64,000 nt of DNA from Candidatus Krumholzibacteriia bacterium. GTDB lineage: Bacteria > Krumholzibacteriota > Krumholzibacteriia > JAJRXK01. The notes beneath the pieces were generated by a model, which was given only the letters and a program-made list of their open reading frames with translations, was not told where the DNA came from and made no database searches. The stretch is taken from NCBI GenBank assembly GCA_041484665.1, contig JBGPIA010000004.1:1-64000 (forward strand). The letters run 5' to 3'. Both the position numbers and the translations under genes were made by a program. Below are positions 18,437-28,488 of this stretch, one piece after another (the first letter of the stretch is position 1; the number at the start of each line of letters is the position of its first letter).

Positions 18437-19297
18437 CTAGGTCCGCGGGCGGGGCAGGTGGGCGACGAACCAATCCCGGGTAACGGCGAGGGCGCGCTCG
18501 AGCTGCGGCGTCGTGCCTGTGAACGGGTGCACGGCTCCAAACGTGTGTCCGGCCCGCTCGACGATCTCGACGCGGCAGCGCTGGGGGTCGTCGCGGCCGG
18601 CGCGCATCTCCGCAGCCGCCGACACCGGCACGGCGAGATCCTCGCTGCCGTGAACGATCAGGTGTGCCGCCCGCATGCGCCGGCATGCCGCCGGCAGGTC
18701 GAAGCGCTGCGCGTTGCGGCGCGCGTCTTCGACGAACTGGTAGCCGACCGCCATCTGCTGCCCGGTGCGCGTGTTCTCGAACTCCATGCTGCCGGCGCGC
18801 TCCCACTCGGCGAGCTGGCGCTGCGAGTAGCCCAGCGCGCGGCTCACGCCGCTCCAGGTGACCACGGCACGGATGTCGGGGTTCTCCGCGCCCGCTACCA
18901 CCGCCGCCAGCGCTCCACGGCTGTGGCCCAGCACGCCGAGCTTGCCGCCGTCGACGCTGGCCGCAACCGGTGCGTCCATCACCAGCCACCCCATCACCTG
19001 GCCGAGGTCGCTGAGCTCCTGCGAGTAGTTGTTGCGCGCAAAGTTGTCCAGGCGCGTGAACTCACCGGGCACGTCACCGATACCGTTGAGGGAGAAGTCC
19101 AGCGAAGCCACCGCGAACCCGGCCTCGGCCAACCGCTCACTCACGTACGGGAAGAATCCCCAGTCCTTGAACCCCTTGAAGCCGTGGCAGACGATGATCA
19201 CCGCCCCAGGTGGCGGGGCCTCCAGCCAACGCAGGTCCACGCGCAGGGGGTCGCCCTGGCGCGTCATGAGCACGAAGGTCTCCTGGGTCATGGACAT
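18437..19297 (-). CDS. Alpha/beta hydrolase (S9-like)
   Basis: HGFKGFKDWG, GHSRG, HGSEDLAV and GHTF motifs; GAGGAG RBS. Confidence 0.85.
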   Translation of the reverse strand: MSMTQETFVLMTRQGDPLRVDLRWLEAPPPGAVIIVCHGFKGFKDWGFFPYVSERLAEAGFAVASLDFSLNGIGDVPGEFTRLDNFARNNYSQELSDLGQVMGWLVMDAPVAASVDGGKLGVLGHSRGALAAVVAGAENPDIRAVVTWSGVSRALGYSQRQLAEWERAGSMEFENTRTGQQMAVGYQFVEDARRNAQRFDLPAACRRMRAAHLIVHGSEDLAVPVSAAAEMRAGRDDPQRCRVEIVERAGHTFGAVHPFTGTTPQLERALAVTRDWFVAHLPRPRT

Positions 19298-19621
19298 GGG
19301 CTCCTCGCTGCTGCTAGGCCCGCAAGAAGCGTGGCCGCTGCGAGCTGACCCAAGGGCTTGGACAGCAACGCTCAAACCGCCCTGGCAGAGCGGTTGTGGA
19401 GGAGGTGGTGCAACGGAACATCAGGCCGCCAGGAAGGGTCGTTCGAGCGAAGCAGTCTAACCACGAATCCCAGCGCCCGCGCAAGCACAGAATCCGAGCG
19501 CAGCTCGAGCCCCATCTGCGACGTCACTCTGCAGGGTAAAGAGGATCGGGGGGCGTGCCGGGACCGTCCGGACTGTCGCGTCGCCTCCCCCGATTCCCGC
19601 CGCGCGCATCTACCGGCTCCC

Positions 19622-20505
19622 TTAGTGCAGCGCATCCGACGGAAGCAGGTCGGCCTTCGTCAGAGACGCCAGGATGGCTGTGCCGGCGATCTCGTTCCCC
19701 GCGATCGCGGGATGGAGGGAATCCCCTCGCTGCACCCGCAAATGGTGGTGGGAGCACGCTGCGAAGGCGTCCAGCAATGAAGTATGCGCGAGCTCCTGGC
19801 TCTCGCATGCAACGGCCACTTGCCGATCGAGCTCCCGCCAATTGTAGTGATCCAGATCGTACAGCATGGGGAAGATCGGCACGGACACCGTGACGCCATG
19901 GGTGTCTTGGTATTCCCGGATGCGGTTAAACGTGCTGGCGAGGATCTCCGGGGCGTTCTCTTGCTGGTACAGCCGTTGGTAGTAGTCCCCCTCCACCATG
20001 TAGAACGTGCCGCTTCGATCGGCCCAACCCATGCGAAGCATGCCCTGCTCGACGGCCTTCTTCAGAGCGAAGAGGAAGACCGACTTGCGCATTCGGCTTT
20101 CCAAAGCGCAGGGGACCTTGATTCCCAGCACCCGCAGATTGCACCAGCTCTCGGTGTCCTTGCCAAGGGTCGTCAGGTAGTCTGGCATCACATCGTTCAC
20201 GCAGTAGTCCACGATGATCAGGTCAAGATGGTAGTCGCAGGCGTAGCGCTCCACGAGGTGTACCTTCTGCCGTAGTGATAGGCCGGGCATGCTGTAGTTG
20301 ATGACCTCGAAGTGACACGCGGAGGCTCGCTCGTTGAGCTTCCGCTGGAGTACTCTCGGGTAGCTTTGCTCCATCTCGACGTTGGCTCTGCCAGCGTGAA
20401 TCCCACTGCGACGGTCAACGCGATGAGGGCGAGGCGGGCCGCGATTCCGCGGACCGCGTGGCTGCCCGCCGGCCGTAGCGCAGAAAGGAGAACCGCTTGG
20501 CTCAT
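19622..20505 (-). pseudogene. Disrupted membrane-anchored SGNH/GDSL hydrolase
   Basis: N-terminal anchor (IALTVAVGFTLAE) in one frame; EVINYSMPG, CVND and DSLHP in another; catalytic GDS block absent. Confidence 0.6.
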
Positions 20506-20770
20506 GGTGGACTGCGATCAACCTGCGGCGCGGACGCAGGGGGACACGTGCGGAAGGCCTCAATCTTGGATCTCACCATTGACGAAGGAGTCAACTCCTT
20601 CGATGATGCGTGAACAAGTGGCCCATGACGGATGAGGATCATTGCCTCCCGGAGCTCCGCCCCTGGCACGACGCCGTTCACGTCACTTCGCCGCGCAACT
20701 CGTTCGTCGGATGGCTGGGGTCTGCTCGGCCCGACCCGGCAACCGTCGCTATTGCTGAACCACCACGACC

Positions 20771-21574
20771 ATGCGCGCCGACGAAGGAAGTGCTTCGCTG
20801 CCACCGTGGGCGCCGCGTGCGCTCGTCTTCGACCTGGACGGCACGCTGGTCGACTCCCGGCATGCGGTGGTCGAGGCGGTGGCCGCCGGGATAGAGGACG
20901 TGCTCCACCGCCACGGATTGGGGGATGCGCCGCCATCGTCTGCGGCGGTCGCCGCCGCGATGGGGCTCGCCGCCGAGGAGTACTATCGGACCATTCTGCC
21001 GGCAGGGCTGCAGCACCTCGCCGCCGAGGTCCAGGCGGCCTGCACGCGCCACGAGGTCGCCGCGCTGGCAGCGGGCCGCGGGTGCCTCTATCCAGGCGTG
21101 CTCTTTACGCTGACGGCGCTGCGCGAGGCGGGAGTGCGGCTGGCGGCGATCAGCAACGCACAGTCCCTCTACTTTCACGCCGCGCTGATGCACCTGCAGT
21201 TGCGGCCGCTGCTACAGCACGCCGAGTGCCACGGTGACCTTCCGGCGGACGGTCCGCGCGGAAAACACACACTGCTGGTACGCGCGCTGGACGCGCTGCG
21301 GGCCTCTCCCGGCGAATCGTGCATGGTCGGGGACCGGCGGGAGGACCTGGAGGCGGGCCGGCAAGCCGGCTGCCGCACCATCGGCGTGCGCTTCGGATTC
21401 GGAGCGCCCCACGAGCTGGCGATCGCGGACGCGGTGGTCGATCGCTTCGCGGCCATCCTGGAGCTGCTCGGTGTGGCGCGGCCCGAGAGCGATGAGCGCG
21501 GCGCCATCGGCCCGCCGAGTGCCGAGCGGTCCGGGACCGGTCTTCCTCCGGCGGGATCCGCACCAGCGCTCTAA
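20771..21574 (+). CDS. HAD-family phosphatase (Gph-like)
   Basis: FDLDGTLVDS, ISN, K and MVGDRRED motifs. Confidence 0.85.
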   Translation: MRADEGSASLPPWAPRALVFDLDGTLVDSRHAVVEAVAAGIEDVLHRHGLGDAPPSSAAVAAAMGLAAEEYYRTILPAGLQHLAAEVQAACTRHEVAALAAGRGCLYPGVLFTLTALREAGVRLAAISNAQSLYFHAALMHLQLRPLLQHAECHGDLPADGPRGKHTLLVRALDALRASPGESCMVGDRREDLEAGRQAGCRTIGVRFGFGAPHELAIADAVVDRFAAILELLGVARPESDERGAIGPPSAERSGTGLPPAGSAPAL

Positions 21575-22818
21575 CGCCCCGCGGTGGAATCGCCCTTGGC
21601 TTCCACTGCCGCGCGCACGCGCTGCAGCAGGGCAGCCGGCTCGGCTGCCGGATCGGCCGCGGGGCAGCTGCCGCGCGCCCGCTCGTCGCTGCCACCACCT
21701 TTGCCGCCCAATGGCGCAAGCACGGCCTGCAGCACCTCGCGGCAATCCAGCGGGACCTCACCCCCACGCCCCAGCAGCAGGTGCGTGCGCTCCCCATCGC
21801 GCATGGCCAGGGCCGCAAGCGCGTCCGCCGTCTGCGCCAGGGTGGCAACCGCCTCCTGGGCGAGCGCCGCCAGCTCGGCAGGCAGCTCCTGCGCGATCAG
21901 CCGCGCCCTGACTCCCCCCACCGTCACGGGCGCGGCGCCGGCAAGCCACTGCACGGCGCGTAGCTGCAGCAGCTCTCGCGCGAGCGCGGTGGCGCGGCGC
22001 GTGGACGCGCGACTCTCTTCCTGGAGACGGCCGAGGGCCTCCAGCAGCCCTTCCTCTCCGGTGGTGAGTGCCGCGGCGATCCGGCCGACTAGGCGGTCGC
22101 GCGAGCGGCGCCAGTGCAGGGCGCGATCGCCGCACAGGAAGTGGATACGGAGGTTGCCACGCATGCGCTCGGTGCCGGTGATGGCGATGGTGCCGATCTC
22201 TGCGGTGTTGGCCACGTGCGTGCCGCCGCACGCGCAGCGGTCGAAGCCCTCCACCTCGATGACGCGCACCGGCCCTTCGCTCTCGATGACCTTGCGCAGG
22301 CCGGATGCAACGGCCTCCTGTGGCGACAGGAACGTGATCGTCACCGGCCGGGCCTGCCACAGGAGCTGATTGGCCGCGTCCTCGGCTCCGTCCAGGCGGG
22401 CCAGCGGGAGCGCAGCCCCCGCCACGTCGATCGTGTTGTCGGTCTCGCCTAGACGGCTGCTCAGGGTGGCCAGCTGCAGCTGGTCCTGCAGGACGTGGCT
22501 GAGCACGTGCTGTCCGGTGTGCTGAGCCCGGTGGTGACGGCGCCGCCGCGCGTCGATGCAGCCCTGCAGCAGCTCTCCCACGCGCGGCGGCGTCTCGGTG
22601 GCCAGCACGTGAACGACCTGGCCGTCCACATCGACCACATCGACCACGGGCACGCCACCCAGCGTCCCCAGGTCGTGCAGCTGCCCACCGCTGGTGGGAT
22701 AGAAGTACGTCGCCGCCAGCTCGACGGCGGCGAGCCCCGGGGCCAGCACGCGCGCCGCCGACACCGTCGCGCTGAACTCGGTGGTGTAGCTGTCGGTGTA
22801 ATAGAGACGCTGGGTCAC
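21571..22818 (-). CDS. Alanyl-tRNA editing protein (AlaX) with DHHA1 domain
   Basis: RLYYTDSY, FYPTSGGQLHD, QHTGQH, CGGTH and GGKGGG motifs. Confidence 0.88.
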   Translation of the reverse strand: MTQRLYYTDSYTTEFSATVSAARVLAPGLAAVELAATYFYPTSGGQLHDLGTLGGVPVVDVVDVDGQVVHVLATETPPRVGELLQGCIDARRRRHHRAQHTGQHVLSHVLQDQLQLATLSSRLGETDNTIDVAGAALPLARLDGAEDAANQLLWQARPVTITFLSPQEAVASGLRKVIESEGPVRVIEVEGFDRCACGGTHVANTAEIGTIAITGTERMRGNLRIHFLCGDRALHWRRSRDRLVGRIAAALTTGEEGLLEALGRLQEESRASTRRATALARELLQLRAVQWLAGAAPVTVGGVRARLIAQELPAELAALAQEAVATLAQTADALAALAMRDGERTHLLLGRGGEVPLDCREVLQAVLAPLGGKGGGSDERARGSCPAADPAAEPAALLQRVRAAVEAKGDSTAGR

Positions 22819-22945
22819 GCCGGACGGTCCGGGGGTCGCGGGAGCGATTCGCACGCGGCGACGGCGGCGAATCGTCCCCGGAGTATCCTCTGCTTCGCGC
22901 TCGGCTTCAAGCCAGGCGACTCCGGCGGGGACCGTGGGCGCGCGG

Positions 22946-23704
22946 CTACTGCCGGCGCTCCACCGCCTCGTGCTGCTGCGCCTGCAGGCGCTGCAACTCG
23001 GCCGACAGGCGCTGGACCTCGGCCTGCAGGCGGTCGATCTCCGCGTCGAGGGCGGCGTCGCCTTGGACGCGGTTGCCGCCCAGCGAGGGCGGCGCCGGAG
23101 GCGACACCGGTGCCGGCGGGGCGGGACGCGGCGTCCAGTTGCGCGCGGCCCAGCTGCCGCGGGTCGGGTGGCGCCCATGATCGCCGTTCCCGTCGACCCT
23201 GTGCAACCAGGCGTCGTGGTCCTGGAACGAGCGGCCGAGCTCGTCGCCCATGCGCCCGAGGTCGCGCCCCAGCTGGTCCATCGACCGCTCCACCTGATCG
23301 ATATCGACACGGTCCAGCGCCTGCTCGATCTCGCGGCGCAGGCGGCGCGTGTCGACCTCGTAGGCGTGGCGCTCGCCGTCCTTGTCCACGCGCACCACGA
23401 AGCGCTGCGCATCGTCAGGACGGGTCTTCACGCGCACGTGCACGCCGTCCAGGTTCTTGCACGCCTCGCGCAGTCCGTGCATGGCTTCGTGCACCGCACG
23501 CGAGACGTCCCGTCCCACGTGCTCGTCGACGTCGACGCTGTCCGCGTCGTCGCCATTCTTGACGATCACCACGCGACCGTCGTGCTGGCCTTGGGAGTCG
23601 CCGGCGGCAACCGCATGACCGGTGGGAATGGGGAGCAGGAGCGCAGCCGCAGCCAATGCGGCGCAGAGGGCCAGGGGGGAGATCTGCCGAAGACGAGCGG
23701 GCAT
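22946..23704 (-). CDS. Exported helical/coiled-coil hypothetical protein
   Basis: GGAGG RBS, signal peptide, Pro-rich linker, C-terminal heptads. Confidence 0.65.
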   Translation of the reverse strand: MPARLRQISPLALCAALAAAALLLPIPTGHAVAAGDSQGQHDGRVVIVKNGDDADSVDVDEHVGRDVSRAVHEAMHGLREACKNLDGVHVRVKTRPDDAQRFVVRVDKDGERHAYEVDTRRLRREIEQALDRVDIDQVERSMDQLGRDLGRMGDELGRSFQDHDAWLHRVDGNGDHGRHPTRGSWAARNWTPRPAPPAPVSPPAPPSLGGNRVQGDAALDAEIDRLQAEVQRLSAELQRLQAQQHEAVERRQ

Positions 23705-23816
23705 GACCGGCCTCCAGCGCTGGGGTTGCTCTCCCTACGTGCCAACGCCGGCTCGGGTTCCACGCCGGGCTGCCCGGCGCAGGCGCCCGCGACGGCCGCG
23801 CGCTTGGCGCGGGCGG

Positions 23817-24968
23817 TCAGGCGGAGGCGCCCGCGACGGCCGCGCGCGGGGTCTCGGGGTTCAGCCCCGCCAGGATCTCGTAGTGGATCGTGTCGGCCCA
23901 GCCGGCCAGGGTCTCGGCCGTGAGGATCTCCCCGCCCTGGCGCCCCAACAGCACCGCCTCGCTGCCAACCCGAGCGCCCGGTACGTGGGTCACGTCGGCC
24001 ATGATCAGATTCATGCAGATGCGCCCCCGGACGTGGCAGCGCCGCCCATCGATGAGCACGCGCGCCTTTCCCGCGAAGGCACGCCGGTACCCGTCGGCAT
24101 AGCCCACCGGGAGCACCGCGATCACGCTGTCCACCTCGACCTTGTCGCTGCAGCCGTAGCCGATGAAGCTGCCGGCCGGGACACGCTTGATCTGGGCTAC
24201 GGCGGCCTTCCAGGTGAGCGCGGGAGCGATCTGCAGCCGGTCAGCCCCCCGCTGCTGGGCCGAGACGAGGGTCTCGCGGCTGGGCCAGTAGCCGTAGGCC
24301 GCGATCCCCACGCGCGCCAGGTCGAAGTGGGTGTTGGCGAAGAGGATCGCGGCCGCGCTGGCGGCCGCGTGCCGCAGAGGGGGGCGCAGCCCGGACGCCT
24401 CCAGTTCGGCCAGGGCCTCCTGGAAGCGCGCCAACTGCCGCGTGGCGTAGCTGTGATCGGTGGTGTCCTCGATGTTCGCGAAGTGGGTGCTTACGCCCTC
24501 TAGGCGCAGGCCCTGCGCGCCGCGCAGGACGTCGCGGCACGCGCCCAGGCCGTCTGGGTCGACGCCCTGCCGGTGGGTGCCGGTCTCGATCTTGAGGTGG
24601 ATGGCGGCCGTGCGTCCCTGCGCCAGCGCCGCCTGGTCGAGCTCCTGCAGCCGGCGCGGATCGTACACGGTGACGTGATGACCCGCGGCCACGGCCGGCG
24701 CGACCTCCTCGGGCGCCAGCGGCCCGAGGATCAGGATGGGCTGCGGCAGAGAGAGCGCCCGCAGCTGCTGCGCCTCGGCCAGCGAGTGCACGCACAGCCA
24801 GTCGGCGCCGCCCTCGTGGAACGCCCGCGCCGCCAGGGCCAGCCCATGCCCGTAGCCGTTGCTCTTGACCACCGGCCCGAGCTTGACGCCCTGGCCAAGG
24901 TGCTTGCGGAAGGCACGGATGTTGTCGGCCAGGCGGTGGGGATCAACCTCGATCCACTGGGTCGGCAT
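23817..24968 (-). CDS. alr: Alanine racemase
   Basis: VVKSNGYGHG, HLKIETG.HRQG, GYADG, GRICMN and TIHYEI motifs. Confidence 0.95.
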   Translation of the reverse strand: MPTQWIEVDPHRLADNIRAFRKHLGQGVKLGPVVKSNGYGHGLALAARAFHEGGADWLCVHSLAEAQQLRALSLPQPILILGPLAPEEVAPAVAAGHHVTVYDPRRLQELDQAALAQGRTAAIHLKIETGTHRQGVDPDGLGACRDVLRGAQGLRLEGVSTHFANIEDTTDHSYATRQLARFQEALAELEASGLRPPLRHAAASAAAILFANTHFDLARVGIAAYGYWPSRETLVSAQQRGADRLQIAPALTWKAAVAQIKRVPAGSFIGYGCSDKVEVDSVIAVLPVGYADGYRRAFAGKARVLIDGRRCHVRGRICMNLIMADVTHVPGARVGSEAVLLGRQGGEILTAETLAGWADTIHYEILAGLNPETPRAAVAGASA

Positions 24969-25650
24969 CGGTGCGGCTTCCTTCCGGCTGCGGCGACTGC
25001 ACGCACCGCAGGTAGATCTCACGGGCGACGTCGGCCTCCAGGGCCAGCTCCGTGTGGCCGACGCGCACCACGTAGGTGGGAGTCTTCTGGTGGAGCTGGA
25101 GCCTGCTGCCGGGCAGGATACCGAAACTGCTCAGGCGGTCCAGCCGTCGATGGAAGCTGGGCGCCAGGAACGCGATCTCCCCGGACTGGCCCGGGGTGAG
25201 CTCGGTCAGGGGGCGCACCAGCGGCGCGACCTCGCGGCTGAGGGTCTCGCAGCAGCGTCCCGCTGGGATGGGATATCCATGCGGGCAGAGGGTCGGGTGC
25301 CCCAGCAGCGTGCAGATGCTCTCGGCGGCCTCCAGGTTGAGGATGTGCTCGAACCGGCACGCCGCCTCCTGCGCTTGCTGCTGCTTGAGGCCCAGCACGT
25401 CGAGCATCAGGCGCTCGGCCAGGCGATGGCGGCGGACCACGTCGCGGGCCTGCGCGCGCCCGGCCTCGGTCAGGTGCAGCTCGCCGTTGTCGCGTGCCTG
25501 GATCCAGCCCTGTCCGCGCAGATGGGCGAGGTCGTCCGCGCCGACCCCCTCGCCGATGAACTGGGCGACGCGCTCCAGCGAGGCGGGCTTGCCGCGCTCC
25601 TGGAGCATCCAGACGGCCTCGAGGGCGTCCTCAGCTTTGCGCGAGTCCAT
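24943..25650 (-). CDS. DtxR/MntR-family metal-dependent regulator with C-terminal FeoA domain
   Basis: RRHRLAER, EACRFEH and CPHGYPIP motifs; FeoA-like LSSFGILPG. Confidence 0.88.
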   Translation of the reverse strand: MDSRKAEDALEAVWMLQERGKPASLERVAQFIGEGVGADDLAHLRGQGWIQARDNGELHLTEAGRAQARDVVRRHRLAERLMLDVLGLKQQQAQEAACRFEHILNLEAAESICTLLGHPTLCPHGYPIPAGRCCETLSREVAPLVRPLTELTPGQSGEIAFLAPSFHRRLDRLSSFGILPGSRLQLHQKTPTYVVRVGHTELALEADVAREIYLRCVQSPQPEGSRTDADPVDRG

Positions 25651-25879
25651 GGGACCGCCGGCCGAAGCGTCGCTTGAGCCAGTTGAGCACGCGGCTCTCC
25701 ATCACGAATTCGTAGCCGCAATGGGGGCAGCACTCGATATTGCACGAACGCCGCAACGGACAGCCGTGGGAGCAGGTCTCGTCCTGCTTGGTGAAGCGGA
25801 AGCCGCACAGCGGGCACTGCATCGCCGCGGGGGTGTCCCGCGCGGCATCCACGGCGGCCTTCTCCCCGGTGGAGTTCAC
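25631..25879 (-). CDS. Small 8-Cys protein in the feo operon
   Basis: CPLC..CSHGCP...C..CCPHCGYEF; GTG start overlaps the feoB stop. Confidence 0.75.
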   Translation of the reverse strand: MNSTGEKAAVDAARDTPAAMQCPLCGFRFTKQDETCSHGCPLRRSCNIECCPHCGYEFVMESRVLNWLKRRFGRRSHGLAQS

Positions 25880-27840
25880 AGCGACACCTTCAGGGCGCGC
25901 AGCACGAAATTCACGGCGCCCCCCGCGGCGAACGCGAAGGGCACGATGAACGCGGCCAGCGCCAGCGCTACCTTCACGCCCCGCTCCTTGATCATCACCA
26001 GGAAGTTGGCGAAGCACGGGATGAACAGCGTGATCGTCACCAGCGCCACCACCGTCTGCACCCCGTCCAGCTGGCCGTTGACGAACAGGGTGTGCAGCCC
26101 CGCCGCTCCGTAGTCGCGGCGCAGGAACCCGACCAGGAAGGCTTCGGTGGCCTTCTCCGGAAGCCCTAGCACGCCCTGGACCAGCGGCGCGGACACGGCC
26201 TCGATGCGCCCGAGCAGATGGAAGCGGTCCAGCAGGAACAGCACCAGCGTCCCCACCACGAACAGCGGCAGAGCTTCGCGCAGGTACCATTCGAGGCGGG
26301 CCAAGGTCTTGGCGAGGATATTGCCCAGGCTGGGGCGGCGGAACGGCGGCAGCTCGAGGATGAAGTCGCTGGTGCGGCCGGGCAGCACCTGATTGGCTAG
26401 CCATCCCACCAGGAAGATCGTGCCCAGCACGGAGGCGGCCCAGATCAGCGCGCCGGCCGGGCTCATGGCCGTCAGCATCCCCATGGTGACACCCAGCTGG
26501 GCCGAGCAGGGCACGCCCAGGGCCAGCAGCAGCGTGACAATGATGCGCTCCTTGCGCGTCTCCATGATCCGCGTGGTGAGCGTGGCCATGGTGTCGCACC
26601 CCAGACCCAGGATCATGGGCAGGACCGCCTTGCCCGAGAGCCCGAGGCGGCGCAAGACGCGATTGCTCATCACCGCCAGCCGCGGCATGTAGCCTGAGTC
26701 CTCCATAATGCTGAAGGCGATGAAAAAGGTCGTCACCACCGGCAGGATGATGGCCAGCCCGTAGGTCAGCGCCATGGTGAAGATCCCGTACTCACCCACG
26801 AGCAGCGCGCGCGCGGGCTCCCACGGGATCGCGCGCTGGGCGACCGAGACGAGGAAGGGGTTGACCACACCTCCGAAGAGCTTGTGCTCCATCAGATTCA
26901 CCAGGGTGCCGGCGCCGAACACCCCGACGAACTCGTAGACCACCCACAGCACCGCCAGCAGGATGGGCACGCCCCAGACCGGGTGCATCGACCAGGCCCC
27001 CAGGCGGGTGGCCAGCGTGGCCCGGGAGACCGCCGGCTCGCTCACCGCGTCGCGCAACAGCTCGCGCACGCGCTGCAGCCGCTCCTGGTTGATGCGCGAT
27101 CCCACCGGGACGCGGCTGCCCTCGCGCAGCTGCATGCGAACGCGGTCGATCTCGGGCAACGCCGCCGCGCCGCCGGCCGCGGACAGCCAGGGCTTCAGGC
27201 TGTCGTCGCCGGCCAGCAGCATGAGCGCCAGCGCCCGCCGGCTGATGTGCGCCGCCGCCCCAGGGAGCAGGGCCGCGACGCGCACCGCCGCCTGCTCGAT
27301 GGCCGGCGAGTAGGTCACGTGCCCCTGCCCGACGCGGGCCTCTCCCGCGCGCCGCAGCAGGTCCCCCACGCCGATGCGGCGGATGGCGACGGTCTCGATC
27401 ACGGGCACCCCAAGCCTCGCCTCCAGCAGCTTGCGGTCGATGCGGATCCCCTTGCTTTGTGCTTCGTCGGCCATGTTCAGCACGAGCACGTAGGGAGCCT
27501 CCATCTCGGACAGCTGCACGGCCAAGAGCAGCGCCCGCGGGAGGTTCTTCGCGTCGGCGATGAGCAGGACTCGCTTTTCCTCGCAGGTCAGCAAGATGTC
27601 GCGCGTGACTGCCTCGTCCTCCGACTGAGGCATGAGGTTGTTCACGCCGGGTGTGTCGACGACCGTCCAGTCCGCGCCCGACAGCTTGGCTTTGCCGCGC
27701 GTGATGTCGACGGTCGTTCCGGGGTAGTTGCTGACGGTGACGTACGTCCCGGTGATGTGGCCGAAGATGACGCTCTTGCCCACGTTGGGATTGCCGATCA
27801 GCAACAGCGTCGGGGTCGGCGCGAGCAGGGTGCTGGTCAC
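25876..27840 (-). CDS. feoB: Ferrous iron transporter FeoB
   Basis: GNPNVGKS, NYPGTTV, DTPG, NMAD, EDSGYMPR, GLGC and ELPP motifs. Confidence 0.95.
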   Translation of the reverse strand: MTSTLLAPTPTLLLIGNPNVGKSVIFGHITGTYVTVSNYPGTTVDITRGKAKLSGADWTVVDTPGVNNLMPQSEDEAVTRDILLTCEEKRVLLIADAKNLPRALLLAVQLSEMEAPYVLVLNMADEAQSKGIRIDRKLLEARLGVPVIETVAIRRIGVGDLLRRAGEARVGQGHVTYSPAIEQAAVRVAALLPGAAAHISRRALALMLLAGDDSLKPWLSAAGGAAALPEIDRVRMQLREGSRVPVGSRINQERLQRVRELLRDAVSEPAVSRATLATRLGAWSMHPVWGVPILLAVLWVVYEFVGVFGAGTLVNLMEHKLFGGVVNPFLVSVAQRAIPWEPARALLVGEYGIFTMALTYGLAIILPVVTTFFIAFSIMEDSGYMPRLAVMSNRVLRRLGLSGKAVLPMILGLGCDTMATLTTRIMETRKERIIVTLLLALGVPCSAQLGVTMGMLTAMSPAGALIWAASVLGTIFLVGWLANQVLPGRTSDFILELPPFRRPSLGNILAKTLARLEWYLREALPLFVVGTLVLFLLDRFHLLGRIEAVSAPLVQGVLGLPEKATEAFLVGFLRRDYGAAGLHTLFVNGQLDGVQTVVALVTITLFIPCFANFLVMIKERGVKVALALAAFIVPFAFAAGGAVNFVLRALKVSL

Positions 27841-28307
27841 GAGGCTTTCTCCTGGCAGCCGGCGCACAGACCGTAGAGCTCGTGCTTGTGGCGCAGCAGG
27901 AGGAAGCCGTGCTGGCGGGTGATCTCATCCTGGAGGCGCTCGATCGTCTCGTCGGTGAACTCGAGGATCGTGCCGCACTGCTCGCAGATCATGTGGTCGT
28001 GATGGGGCACGTCGCGCAGCTCGTAACGGGTGTGGTCGCCGCCGAAATTGCGGACGGAGGCGAGCCCCGCATCCACGAGCAGCCGCAGCGTGCGGTAGAC
28101 CGTGGCGTAACCGACCGCCGGGTCGCGGCGCTTCACGCGGCGCAGCAGGTCCTCCACCCGCACGTGCTCCCCCACCCCGGCGAAGACGTCCACGATTAGG
28201 TCGCGCTGGTGGGTGGACTTCAAGCCCCGGCGCGCCAGGTACGCCTTGAAGGTGGCCAGCATGTCGAGGCGTCCCGGGTGTCCGGTCTTTGAAGTCTGGC
28301 GTTCCAT
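27837..28307 (-). CDS. fur: Fur-family transcriptional repressor
   Basis: ATVYRTL, HHDHMICEQC and YGLCAGC motifs. Confidence 0.92.
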   Translation of the reverse strand: MERQTSKTGHPGRLDMLATFKAYLARRGLKSTHQRDLIVDVFAGVGEHVRVEDLLRRVKRRDPAVGYATVYRTLRLLVDAGLASVRNFGGDHTRYELRDVPHHDHMICEQCGTILEFTDETIERLQDEITRQHGFLLLRHKHELYGLCAGCQEKAS

Positions 28308-28325
28308 CGCGCTCTCCTGGGTCTC

Positions 28326-28390
28326 GTTGAAAATGAAAACTGTTTTCAACTAGACCCCCCAACGCTAGACACCCAGGCTCCCCCTGTCAA
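28326..28390 (-). promoter_or_regulatory. sigma70 promoter with downstream Fur box
   Basis: TTGACA(28390-28385)-N17-TAGCGT; perfect 7-1-7 palindrome TGAAAAC-T-GTTTTCA at 28334-28348. Confidence 0.8.
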
Positions 28391-28488
28391 GGCGGGCTGC
28401 CGGCGGGTCCCCTTCAGCAGGCCCGGCGAGCCGGGCAAGGAATCCACTCGCAGGAGCGACAGCGCCTTGCGAGGTGCTGCGCGGCAGC

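Noticed and set aside
19300..19620. Possible tRNA or other RNA gene in the intergenic region
   Set aside because: No cloverleaf, acceptor stem or promoter could be built
23725..23745. TTGGCAC sigma54-like words upstream of 23704 and of 50206
   Set aside because: No GC at the -12 position
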